From positions 33,059,244 through 33,095,680 of the forward strand of contig NC_068984.1 in NCBI RefSeq assembly GCF_001194135.2: a DNA stretch of 36,437 nt, written 5' to 3'. The translations under genes were made by a program, and so were the position numbers. Positions 1 through 11,499 of this stretch are shown piece by piece; position 1 is the stretch's first letter, and each line of letters starts with the position of its first letter. The stretch comes from Octopus bimaculoides (taxonomy: Eukaryota). The notes under the pieces are model-generated. The model worked only from the letters and a program-made list of their open reading frames with translations. It had not been told where the DNA came from and searched no databases.

Positions 1-93
1 ATTAATAATTTTTTTTTACTAAAACACAACTGTAAGGCATGTGTAAAATTTGAATGAAATTGGTTGCGTAGTTCTCGAGTTTTAGGGATTCAC

Positions 94-168
<75 letters not shown>

Positions 169-194
169 CACATTCTCATTTTTATATATATAGA
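1..194 (-). mobile_element. 5' end of a non-autonomous Helitron carrying an internal (CTGT)n microsatellite; runs off the window edge
   Basis: Minus strand reads A|TCTATATATATAAAAATGAGAATGTGTGTC(TGTC)n...CCCTAAAACTCGAGAACTACGCAACCAATTTCATTCAAATTTTACAC. A 5'-TC terminus after a host A, followed by a tetranucleotide repeat, is the layout of Lep1/MIME-type Helitrons. The 3' CTRR end and hairpin are not in the window. Confidence 0.6.
94..168. repeat. (GACA)n tetranucleotide microsatellite inside the Helitron
   Basis: Uninterrupted CAGA/GACA run seen directly. Confidence 0.98.
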
Positions 195-694
195 TTATCC
201 AGAATAATAAAAAAAATTCAAGCATATAGCATAGCTAAATATAGTTATTAAAAGTAAGTGCAATTTAACACGAGGAAAATAAGTTTGACTTAACAAGAGG
301 AATAGGTACTTAGATAGTCAATTCATTTTACCACTTTGGGGTTTTAGTACTCTTTATGCGTGCGCTTGCATACATTGGTTGTAGTGGGTTTGTGTGTAAA
401 CGCGTCAACATTATTCATAAATATATATACAAATAAATAGCTAATACAGAAGTTACAATTTTCTTTCGTTTTTTAATTTTGTCTGTTTTTGTTTTTTTTC
501 ACCTTCCGCACGTTCCCGCTTGCCAGCAAAATATTTACATCTCAACCATTAGATGACTTAATATTTTCCTGAACAGGAAACTAATACAGTAAGTTTAACC
601 TTACATTCGTGCCTATTTTTTTTCATGGTGTTCTTTTATGTTAACTTTCTGTTTATCCATCCGGCTATGTATGTGTATGTGTGTGAGCGCGCAC

Positions 695-758
695 GCGTCT
701 CTGTGTATGAATGTGCTTGCGCACACGCGTCTCTGTGTATGAATGTGCTTGCGCACAC
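695..758. repeat. Perfect 2 x 32 bp tandem duplication
   Basis: GCGTCTCTGTGTATGAATGTGCTTGCGCACAC at 695-726 and 727-758, within a (TG)/(CG)-rich low-complexity tract. Confidence 0.95.
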
Positions 759-1029
759 AAATAGATATTATATACATCTTGAAAATATGCGAGTTTAAAT
801 TTAAACACTTTTATCAAATATTTTCTGCATTCTCTTCTAATCCTTTATTTAATTTAGAATGAATTGCTGGTGACGTTTGATATTGCCACTAAGTAGCTGG
901 TATGAGGGAAATAGTGTTATTACTATAACTTTGATTATCACCAGATTTAAAATTTTGACCGCTAGCTTTCAACTTACGTTGATCAATCAATAAATGTTCA
1001 TAGATTATGTCTAGCGTGCAATATATGTG

Positions 1030-1470
1030 TCTTAATTTTTGCTTTGTATGATGCTATTAATAAAACTTCTGCTAATTTTCTAACATGCTGTGGAATTCTA
1101 CACATCATAGTTGTATCATGAACTAATATTTTTCCAAGTAGTTTTGTTTGTGTTCTGTATTGTAATATGATACAATGACTCATTGTTAACAATAATTATT
1201 TTGTGGACAGAAAATGTCTGCTTACTTTGAAAATTTTATAGCGCATTTGTATAGCATATGCTCTATACAAATTTGTAGCACATGTTTTCCTGGCTTACAG
1301 ACCTGTGGTTTTGTATTGAAGAAGACGTTCTCTATTCTTGTGTTTTTGAAATGTATTCTGCCTCTGAATTTTTGGCTGATTGTAGTATATAATGTATTCT
1401 AGCTTTTTAATCGACATTTCAGTGACCGCTATATGATTTAATACAACATTGATTTGACTTGAATACATTG
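1030..1470 (-). mobile_element. Possible highly decayed piggyBac-like transposase remnant
   Basis: Minus-strand frames give AVTEMSIK (cf. AVDEMMIK), FRGRIHFK (cf. FRGRxxFK after the first catalytic D), KPGKHVLQIC...YKCAIK and KLLGKILVHD...KLAEVLL (cf. the DNYY region), in the expected order but with frameshifts. Resemblance is by eye only. Confidence 0.25.
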
Positions 1471-2848
1471 TTTTACTGTATTATTAAGGCGCCCTTAAAA
1501 ACAATCATCACTTCATCAGTGAAATTAATATTATTATAATAAGATAGTGCTTTATTTTAGCACAGCAAAGTTTGTGGAATCGTCTCTACTCCCCTTCAAA
1601 TAACTTATATGAAATGACGCCAGAGGCATTCTTCCCATTCTTCTCTTTTCTTTTAGATCCTTTCTTGCAGTACATTATAGTTACTACACGATATTATGGA
1701 CTCGATGATACACAAACTGCCATGCCTCCTGCACTTCTGTGTCAACACCAGCGCAGAACCTAGTTACATGGCGTCATTTACCGCTATTTACTGTTTACTT
1801 TTATAAGCAATGACTCATAACATCACACCTTCCCTTAGTATGATCAACAACTTACTGTCAACATTGCTCCAATTGATAGAATCAATGTAACTCTTCTCGT
1901 TTGGAGGATGAATAGTGACATTTACCCTTTCTAAGGTCTCTGAATGGTATGACTCGAAAACACTTCAACAGTAACAACATATTGGCATCCAAAACGGATA
2001 CATAATAATTGATAATTTATTGCATTTGCATCATTATACAAGAACTTGTGAACAAATCTTCGGGAACTGAGTTTAATTTCACTTCTAAAGAACTGAAGAT
2101 AAACTAAAAGTCTTAGATTAAGCCTGCAAAAGACTACTTATCACTTATGTAATTATGTTAACAAAGAGATACCCTAAGCCGATTCCATGAAAGATTATAT
2201 TAGTAAAGACTCATCAACACAACACAATCACTTATGACAAATGACGACAGACTAGTGTTCCTTATTCACTGAAATATAACGGCTCACGCGCCGCTGAAAT
2301 TGCAGTCAGTGTACCATCTAAACTCAAGTGAAGCTAAAGTATATGTCTTTCTTTCTGCCTTTCACAGAACTATCTATATATCTCTGACCCGAAACACAAA
2401 TCAGGTTATCGTCTTCTTTCTCGGGCGTATAAAACTCTGGGAATCAGTCAGTGCTGACAAGCTTAAAAAATCATTCACTGATGCGATACCAGCTGCATCA
2501 CATGCTGACGGAGATTTTAAAACACCTCGCATTCACTTCCCGCTTTGAGATGTTAGATGTTAAATAAACCATCTTATTTATTCACTACATTAGGTTTATT
2601 ATCAGAAGTCTTTTTTAACTGCTTTCAAAGTTTTATTTCTTTTTGTTGTAATTTAGCCAAACGAGCAAAATCAGTACTTGAGGATCTGATATAAAGAAAA
2701 TAACCCAAAAAACAATAATGGCAATTGCTTATTTACAATGTAGACCATGCACACAAGAACAAAGTTATCCTGAGAGCGGAAAACTGATCCACATTCTAGA
2801 GATAGATCGGTTGCCATAAAATGTTTCCACCTGAAGTTATGACAAAAT

Positions 2849-2882
2849 CACTTACCCAAGGTGACGCTGTGTGGGATCGAAT
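2849..2882 (-). mobile_element. Short fragment of a tRNA-derived SINE (same family as 6857-6990)
   Basis: Minus strand TTCGATCCCACACAGCGTCACCTTGGGTAAGTG resembles the B-box + CACCTTGGGCAAGTG segment of the 6857-6990 copy. Confidence 0.3.
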
Positions 2883-4871
2883 ACAATGGCACGTAATTGT
2901 CAGGCTTTCTTCATAATCAAACGATACTTCATAATCTTCTAGATGGTTTTATGTTTGTTCCTTCGCCACTTTACTATTCATCACAACATTGGCATATTTT
3001 CCTTCCTTTGTCCATTGAAAAATTGGAAACATTTATAGTATTTAAGAAGTTCACATTATTACCCAGGCTCTTACTTGATGCGATACTCAGGCAAATCTTT
3101 CCAAATTCTATGTTCTATTTTGATAGTAAATGCATACATTCCCAGAAGTGTTGTACTTTAGCTTCCTCCATACTTTGATATGTGTGCTCTATTTAGTACC
3201 TTCTAGAGATCAAGAGCATATTGATATTTTCTGTAGACTCTGATTATATTAGTCCAATAAAGATTTCTTAAACAAGATATGAAATGTATTTTATTGCAGA
3301 TTAATGTCTTGCCCAATCAGACAAATCAGCATCTACTGAGGGGAATTAAAATCATTATCGACATTTAAGTAGTAATTAGACTTAATTCAATAAATTTAAT
3401 TATCGTATTTGAAAGACGAGTATAAGATAAGTTTACATAGAAATTGCAACATACTTTCTCTGTGTTGTGTCTACGCGGCTATAATGTGAATATCGAAGTT
3501 ACAAATATATCTGTCATCATCTATAATTCAGTACTTAAGCAATATATACGTTCATTATTGAAACTTTGAAAGCAGTTGAGATGACATTAGCAATAAATCG
3601 CTGGCCTAAATACATGATTTAATAAACTATTTAATATTTTCAGCAAGGAAATATTTGTCCAATAATCTCTATAGCATTTAGGACATAGTATTCTTCATTG
3701 ATGTTAGATTTATGTAGTGTTCTTTGAAAGTATAGTGTTAACTGCAATAAACTTGTTTTGGACTTTTGCTTACGCGTAAAAGTGTTAAGCGAACGAGAAA
3801 TAAATCTCACGAAAGACCATATAACAACCAATTTCATGAAAAGATATAGATGGAAAGAAGTTGGGGTATAGGATTAAATGAACTAAACTAATAAGAAATA
3901 TAAGAAATCACTGCAATTGTTTGAAGAATCGAACGCTTCTAGGATTATTCTAGATATATGTGAAAATCTGTAATTTGTAAGGCTTTATCATTTCTTGCGT
4001 ATATATAACTCTTCTACGTACTATACAAATTCGATGAAGGTTGAATACACACAGGTATGACAATGTTGCTAAGATATTCGTATTGGGTTTCGTAAAGCAC
4101 CATGGGGAATAGTCTTCTCCCATAAACCTCGTATTGCTCAAAGCGTAATAGGAGAAATTTAAAAAATGAAACATTTGTGGTAGAGGAAAGAGTGTACCCG
4201 TTTCATTAAAACAAAACAATTGGATTAAAATTTATTTTCTTTTTATAATTCTTAGAATTAATATCAGCCATGAAATCTGTTAATATTATCAATGATATAA
4301 AATGTAAAGACTTTCTACATTGTGGAGGTGTAACTATACGTATTTAGCTTCAAGCTAAGAAAAAAATAATTATATGAAGTATATGCCGAGAATGAATTAT
4401 TGTAAAACATATACACGTTAAGAGAGAAATTCCTAGACTAATAGAAAACGGACGACACTGTCATTATTTCATAGATACTACTTGGAGGAAATATCGCATT
4501 TAGTTTATATACGCATGTATTAACGACTTTGTTACTTCACTGCTGTTAGTTTAGTTTAGTGGATTTTAAGTAATCAGTAAAATAAGTTCATTATCGCAGT
4601 TTTAGATTCAAAAATACTGATTCGCGTTAATATTTGTTATGAAAAGAATTGAATTAAAACCTTGACTCATTATATTCCGAAAGAATTGTGTCTGTGTCGA
4701 ACTAACCAAACCACACAGAGAATCGCACGAACTGAGAATAATGAGAAAAACAAAAATTCTTTCAAATATTCAAAACACCCTAAAGATTAAATACATTCAA
4801 AAATGTAAATATCATGCAAACAGGAAACGCGATCTTATTTGCCATTTTTTTTATTAGCATTTCTGCCTTAC

Positions 4872-4891
4872 ATTTTTTGATAGGACGCCAT
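4872..4891 (-). CDS. Candidate first coding micro-exon (MASYQK + 2 nt) of an unidentified minus-strand host gene
   Basis: AAA-ATG GCG TCC TAT CAA AAA AT|GTAAGG: Kozak-like ATG (A at -3, G at +4) followed by a GTAAG donor at 4871-4867. No downstream exon is confidently identified. Confidence 0.35.
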
Positions 4892-4903
4892 TTTGACGGA
4901 AGT
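4886..4903 (-). promoter_or_regulatory. Adjacent ETS-type (ACTTCCG) and YY1-type (AAAATGGCG) motifs, a TSS-proximal signature
   Basis: Minus strand gcaACTTCCGtcAAAATGGCGtcc. Both motifs are established TSS-proximal elements of animal housekeeping genes, and the YY1 motif often overlaps the start ATG. Confidence 0.45.
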
Positions 4904-5914
4904 TGCATTCTGATATGTTTCAAATTTCTTGGTTTGTCTCCCTATGTGTCAGCTTTATGGAACCTCACGTTTTCAGTCGTAGTCTAAAGCAATGTATTAA
5001 TTTTATTCAAATACAAATAATATGAAAGTAAATGAAAATACAATGATAAAAGTTTCACAATCTTTGCAGAAAGTCTTGCTTTACCTGGTATCGCTGCCAG
5101 CGTAATTTTGACTATGCAACCCATTCTATAATTTCAAACCATACTCTCTATATATATATCAGTATTGAGAGAACTACCCATTGTCTAAGGAAAGCAGATG
5201 TTTATAATATTGGAAAAAAAAAGGGTTATGAAATGTTACACTAGTTGAATTTTTCTTACTGAAAATGAATTATTTATTTTCAATTTTTATTTATTTAATG
5301 CAAAGCTGATATTTAAATTTTAGCTAATGTGGAGTCATACATTTCAGTTTTGTTCGTATGTTTTCTCTCTACAGTTCAGTATATAATATTCTACATCGGT
5401 GGGTCATTTAATTTTGCTCGCATTTTAGTGATATGTAGGTTGCACTTCCAAGTGTTTGTTAATTTTCAATTTTCAATTTTCAATTGAACTAGTGAAGTGT
5501 AAATGAATAAATATTCGATTAAACGTTGGTAACGGTGTGTCTGCTTGAACACATGACCACACACACAGATACATATACATAGGTGGGCGTGTATGTATAC
5601 ATATTGAAATGGTGGTTTCTTTAGATTGAAATATGGTATTTCAATTAAAATTTTATTTGTAAAAAAGATCTAAATCGAGAAAAATATTCGATTTGCTTTG
5701 TAGTAATTCATGTTACAATGTTATTGCTTTTGTTACTATTGTTGCAGTAATTCCCGAAAGGTTATTTACATGTGGCTGATGTGGTTGTAATGTGTGTTTT
5801 TTATGTATTTCTGTAATAATCAAACTTTTCTCTGTGAGACATTGCGTAGAGCAACGGAGATTTACTTTTTTTCAGAGAACGAGTGATCTGGTAAGATATT
5901 TACTAACGTATACA

Positions 5915-6010
5915 TGCATACACATACATATACACATAAATATGTGTGTATGTGTGTATGTGTGCATGTGCGCATTCGTGCATGTGTGTGTGTGTGTGTG
6001 TGTTTGTGTA
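5915..6010. repeat. Compound (CA)/(TATG)/(TG)n microsatellite
   Basis: Seen directly; explains the HIHI/VCVC stretches of ORF 5792..6178. Confidence 0.9.
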
Positions 6011-6685
6011 TGGAACGTTTTTTTCAAAAATGGTTATAGTAAAGACCACATTTTGTCGGAACGTTTTATTATTCATCATTTATTTGATTCATTCAGGCTG
6101 AAGCTACGCTGGGGTATCTCGTTGAAGGGTTTAGTTAAACAAATCAACCTCAGTATTTATATTCTCTTTCAGTCATGAGTAGTTGTTCTGGTTTCTTTTG
6201 CCGAATTATTAAGCTTTGGGGGCGTAAATAAAGCTAGAGCAATTCTTATGAGGTGGTGGGAACAATCTAAAGCATAAGCACAGACACACTCACACGTTCA
6301 TACATAAGTCTTTATTTCCTACGTACGTTTTCCCATTCCAGTTATTGCAACTCAGCGTTTGATGATACAAGTGTATTCGGATGCTTAAATTCAGTGGATA
6401 ATCAGGAAAATATTTAATATATATATTTGACTTCTGTACTTAGAACATCCAATGCTGAGATCCAAATAAAGGAAACGGTGAAGCGTACGTAGGTACGTAA
6501 CGTTTATACTTGTGTTTGTCTTAAATTCCAGAAGATATGCTATGTATATCCTAATTAGCAGCACTGATGAATATAATGTTCGACTAACCATTATACTAAA
6601 TAACGATAATCTACGTGGAGCTATGCCTCATTCATTAGTAGCCTACATATCTCTGTACACACACACACATTATATATATATATAT

Positions 6686-6760
6686 NNNNNNNNNNNNNNN
6701 NNNNNNNNNNNNNNNNNNNNNNNNNNNNNNNNNNNNNNNNNNNNNNNNNNNNNNNNNNNN
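6686..6760. other. Assembly gap (75 N) following a (TA)n run
   Basis: N run seen directly. Confidence 0.99.
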
Positions 6761-6856
6761 GTACCATTTAGGAAGACAGCGACAGAGAGACAGAGAGAAT
6801 TCTTGAAGTGATATACAGATGTTATATATTAAGAAAAAAGAGGTAGTCAAAGCGAC

Positions 6857-6990
6857 TTTCAGTTTCCAAATCCACACACAAGAATTTAGTCGGCCCCAGC
6901 CTCTAGTAGAAAAGACTTGCCCAATGTGCCATACAGTGGGACTGAACCTGGAACCATACCACAGCGAAGTAAACTTCTTAGCACACCCAA
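6857..6990 (-). mobile_element. tRNA-derived SINE, 5' portion (octopus-type)
   Basis: Minus strand ...TGGTTCCAGGTTCAGTCCCACTGTATGGCACATTGGGCAAGTCTTTTCTACTAGAGGCTGGGGCCGACTAAA...GGATTTGGAAACTGAAAG has a B-box-like GGTTCAGTCCC. It matches an abundant Octopus SINE as I recall it; subfamily (OK/OR1/OR2) not assigned. Confidence 0.75.
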
Positions 6991-8664
6991 GTATTGCATA
7001 TTTCATTATTAGTCTTCTGTGTATCGAAACATAATCTCTTTAAATTATTTAGTTTTGGATAATTTCTCAGGCTTACCATCTGAATAAGATTATTGAGTGT
7101 GGTTTGTTGTTGGCAAGTGTTACGCAAGACAATGACGTTTCTTGTAAATGCGAACGTACTTAGTAAGTCCTTCAAACCTGCACTTGAATTTTTTCATCTT
7201 TTAACTTCTACATGAGTACTAAATCTGTGCATTTTGGTTTGAATTTTGCTATGAAGTTTGTTATTAATTATTTCACATATGCTTAATTATCCAACGTAGT
7301 TAGGCTATCGACTACCGTCTTTCTCTGTGTATTGTGTTCCAGAGTACTATAAATCCTCCTTTTGGTAAATTCATGTTTAACTGCTGGGGACGTGTCGTAC
7401 ATATGTGTGTGTCTGCGATATAACAGCGTGGTATGAAAGCTTATAAAGTTTATGTTGATATTGAAACATATATAACATTGGTTGCAAAAAATTCCGGCTG
7501 ATAGATATGTAGTATTTTGTTGATGAGAGGTTGCATGCTGCTGTTATCATATATACTCTGACGATTAGTATGTTGTGTGTAGTGATTTATGAATAAATTC
7601 GATTTCCTGACCTACCCATTTACCTAGTACAGTTAAGTTGTGTATTTAATGTACTCTTTGAGTGTATATAGACAAGGAATGTGTGAATGTTCTGTGTGCA
7701 CTATCTAAAGAATCTTCTACCTGTTAGTCGACAGCACATTAATAACAGAGATTCCCGATAGACTGGGGTTGGAAATCCTGTTAATATACGTGAAACTCAA
7801 TGTGGGATCTGGAGAGTAAAAAGCACCATAGACATTCCTCTATTTATTTATGAAAATATGATATTTTTGATTGAAGTCTCTCTGAATCTATATAGAACGC
7901 TACAAATGTGGGCCCGGATAGAAGTCCTGAACCTATTTTCTTCCACTTGTAACATTGCATTTCTTTTGAACAATAAACGAAAACTCGGTTATTTGGGACC
8001 AAAATAAATTGAGAGTGGTTCTTGTTAAATTAGTTGGTCTCCTGTCACCTTATCTAAAAACATAATTCTCCTAATCCGATGTCTATGGATCAGTAAAAAT
8101 ATTTTCAATATCTATAACCTAAATCTGTTTTCTGTACAATTTCTTGTACCTTATTGAATGGTTATACTTCATCACAGATATATGATACTTTCTGGTGCTC
8201 TCTACTTGTTTAACGGCTGTGTAGGAAAGATATACCATTATAGATAGCAAGAAATTATATTTTGTGTGTGAATCCTTACGGTGTTATAGGATTGTACACT
8301 AACTATCTAGTTACGAACTGGAAATGAATAAATCTCTAGGTGGGTGTTTGCTCCGGTGATTAATTTTCTGAGTTATATTTTTAGTTGCGCAAGGTTGTTT
8401 ACTTTTCATTTTCCTGAATTTGGATTTACCATAATATATATTGCTGATTTTTCTAATGTATTAAACTTGGTTCAAAATAGAAAATATGATAAACTTACCG
8501 CTTTTGTAAATGACAATTTAGCGTTATTTAAGCTTCCTGCGAGTTAAGTTTTTGAGTTGTTTTGTTTATTTCGCTGTTCATGGCCTTTACACCTGAATAA
8601 GTCATGCAATTAATCATCGGTGTTTTTACAAAAAATAGTTTCATTACTATCAGTCTCAAGAGAC

Positions 8665-9090
8665 TCAGAAAGTAATTCGAGTTCGACATTTTGCGTTGTT
8701 CATATATTCCTTACGGGAAGAAGTTTGAACTGAAAGTGAGGAGAGTAATTTGATCAGCTCAGAGAAGTTAGGGAATGGAATTTCATCGGTAAGCAACAAT
8801 TTTAGTGTGTTATTATGAATATTTATCTTCCACATATTGCTATTATATATTCTGCTTAAAATTGAAGAGCGAAGTAATTTTAAAATAAGTATTTCTATTG
8901 ATGCTGCAATGAAAAGCACTTTATAACCAGCAAATAAACCAACAAAAAAAATCATCCTTAAATATTTCTGAATGCCCTGCAAAGTAAACCACCAACAAAT
9001 GCTTATACACGTTAAGGGAAGCTGAATATTCCCATTAATACTATCCTTCTGCAGGAAAGTCTCTTCTGAGACTATCATCGCAATTTTCAT
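8665..9090 (-). mobile_element. Probable hAT transposase C-terminal (dimerisation-domain) remnant
   Basis: The track ORF ends in FPNFSELIKLLSSLSVQTSS...MNNAKCRTR, resembling the hAT motif FPNLxxLxKxLLxLPVSTASxERSFSxMNxIKT. The key ERSFS is degenerate and no TIRs were found. Confidence 0.35.
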
Positions 9091-9664
9091 TATGCAAAGC
9101 TTTCAATAAGTAAATAGTAAGAATATAATAAATATTAGTTAATAAAGGATATTCAAATAGATTAGTAGATGAAGCTATAAAATAGTGTTCAGGATCATCA
9201 TCATCATGCTTACACATCTACAATCCAGAACAAATACCAGCGCATAAAATATCGCCCTTGCTTATGATCGATCTTGAAATCACACTTGATCCAACACGTT
9301 ATAACACACACAAACACACTCACTCACACACACAGCTATGTATGCTCCTATCTATGACTTTTCTTGGTATATATTTCGGTGCGGATATACATATTCACAT
9401 AGGAAGAGCGGAGGTGAAATATATCAATGAAAATAGCTAAAAATAGATACAAAAATGGGGATGGGGTGAAAAGGTTATAGTCTGAATATGAAGGAATGAT
9501 GCTAAAGTTATAAAATCTTCCATACATTAAGTTCAACTCTTATCAATAACTGCATTGATTCTTTCCGTGTAAACAGATATCTGACTGTTAAAAAAACACT
9601 TTAAAAGTATCTTATTGTATACATTGATAGACCATTAAACAAAACACACCTGAGCGTTCATTTT

Positions 9665-10605
9665 CAAATTGAAATGGAATTGTGTTTTTAAAAAAAAAGC
9701 ATGTGACGTGCTATTTCAAAAAATGTTCTGTATTTCTTCCAGAGATGGTAAGTCAAGTAGCATTCTCAAATAATTTTCAGTTCCATTTTTGTATCATAAG
9801 ATTATTGGTATTGTGACCGCTTTATTACAATGCAATCATCGGTAATGTAACCTCATTGGTACTGTAACCGCCTTGTGATGCCACGTTTTCAATTTCAATG
9901 AGCAAATCTTTATATTTTCTGAGATAATCAAATTTTTTGCCGAGATGTTATGATCCCAAGGAATACTCATGCCGATCGAGAAACAAATTTCGTTGCTTTG
10001 GTCTTTCACAACAATATCCGATTTATTAGCTTTGATGGCTCGGTCTCTATGTACTCCTGGAAGGTCCCAAAAAATTATTACATTCTCTCCCTCACTTACA
10101 GCCTGAGGGCGGTGATTATACGACTTATCGGCAGTCTTGGTTTTACAATGCCGATATATTAAACAGCGTAGAAATTGACTTTCTCTGTCATGCTTCGATT
10201 TATACTTCTCTGGCGGTGCACTGTTTCAGTCATATCTTTGCAGAATTGCTATTTTAGATCTTTTCCATTTTCCATCCCATTGGCATGGTAGTTCCTGGTT
10301 GATAAGATTTATTTTGAGCAGCTAATATGAAGCCTTCGCTTTGTAGCCACTGGAATATGTGCTTCTGGTCTACGTCAACGTGTTTCCTAGGGGCCACATA
10401 TTTGCCATGCATAGATCTTCGTTCCCACCTGTCAACCAATTAATCTTGCACTTTTTCTTTGCCATTAATTTCACCTACTTTGCAACAACAGTTGCCGCAC
10501 TTCCGACATGGTATTCGACTTAGGCATCATGCATGAAATCCATGGCATTATTTTTTGTTTTGCTTTCTTTTATGACAGAATGAATCATCTTATGCCTCTC
10601 GTAAT
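9665..10605 (-). mobile_element. R4/Dong-clade non-LTR retrotransposon, 3' part of ORF (CCHC knuckle + RLE endonuclease), decayed
   Basis: Minus-strand translation with frameshifts: DRWERRSMHGKY...FQWLQSEGFILAAQNK/TRNYHAN...*QFCKDMTETVH...KHDR...VIIFWDL...AIKANKSDIVVKD...IGMSIPWDHNISAK...KAVTIPII...PSLEEIQNI. This follows the R4/Dong C-terminal order HGKY-AAQDQ-TRNY-CxxC-H-RHD-WD-RPD-D. Confidence 0.9.
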
Positions 10606-10619
10606 TTTCAATGAGTTTT

Positions 10620-11400
10620 AGCATCCAGTTCATTGTTGTTTCAAGATCGGCCATATCAGGATTGCTGAAAACAGGACAGTGCTGTTTCTGCTCTATCTCA
10701 CTAACGGTTTGGGCATTAATTTGGAGAGTGCAATTTGCATTAATATGGGGGGCCTACAGTGGAGTCGGTGACCTTGTATTTTTTTTTCGCAAAAGAGAAC
10801 ACTTTGGGGTTTAGTTTGATTTTCTCAACGGCCCATTTCTCCTCAGCTGTACTTTGGTTATTGATGATGGTCTTCTCTAGGATGATAGCCGTCGAATATA
10901 TGTGTGGCTGTTGGCAGTATTTTAGTTTGTTAATTTTTTTTGTTGTTCTTTTTATTTTTCTGACAATAGTCTTTTTTCTATTTTGGGGAATTCTGTACTT
11001 AGTTTTGTTCCCAGGACATGGTGGCGTGTGTTTTGCACATAAGTTTATGACTGTGTCTACAAAAATCTGCAAAGATATTTTGCTCGTGGAGGAGGTGTGT
11101 ATATGTGTGAAAGACCAGTCAACATGTGATAGCTCATTCATGATTACATCCCAGTCAATGTTATAGAGATCCATGCTATCAAACTGGTAGGCTGGAGTGA
11201 AGTCACTAGGGTTAGCTTTCGGCTGGAATCGCAGGTTACAGAGAACCATGTCATGGTCTGAAAGAAAGGTTTTTTTCCATTCTAACATTATGCATAGTGT
11301 TAGTGTGGTGACCGATCACAAGGTCTTGGTGTAAAGACAAGTTGGGTCAAGAAAAACTCATTCATAAAGTCAAGCAGTGACTCTACTACGTCTTTGTCAA
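10620..11400 (-). mobile_element. CR1/L2-like (APE-type) LINE fragment: end of endonuclease plus linker, nested in the Dong copy
   Basis: ESLLDFMNEFFLTQLV...LSDHDMVLCNL (APE terminal SDH)...IDWDVIMNELSHVDW...EKWAVEKIKLNPKVFSFAKKK...VGP...QTVSEIEQKQHCPVFSNP. These are typical CR1-group endonuclease-to-RT linker motifs (ORF 10740..11288). Confidence 0.8.
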
Positions 11401-11499
11401 ATGAGATTTCCGAAAAAGCAGCGCATATAATCAACACACGAACTGTTAAGCAAATACGAAGCAAAGTAAGACATATTGAGGTTTCCTGTTATATCGCAC

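Noticed and set aside
1700-2240. LCCVDESLL (~2200) and AGVD (~1750) piggyBac-like words on the minus strand
   Set aside because: Their order and spacing are inconsistent with the piggyBac DDD core and with the 1030-1470 motifs; likely chance.
3070-3200. Possible minus-strand exon ...IEHRIWKDLPEYRI|GTAAGA as partner of the 4.9 kb micro-exon
   Set aside because: The nearest good acceptor (~3203) gives stops in all three frames.
6512-7006. ORFs spanning N gaps (also 26293-26560)
   Set aside because: They are open only because N runs hide stop codons.
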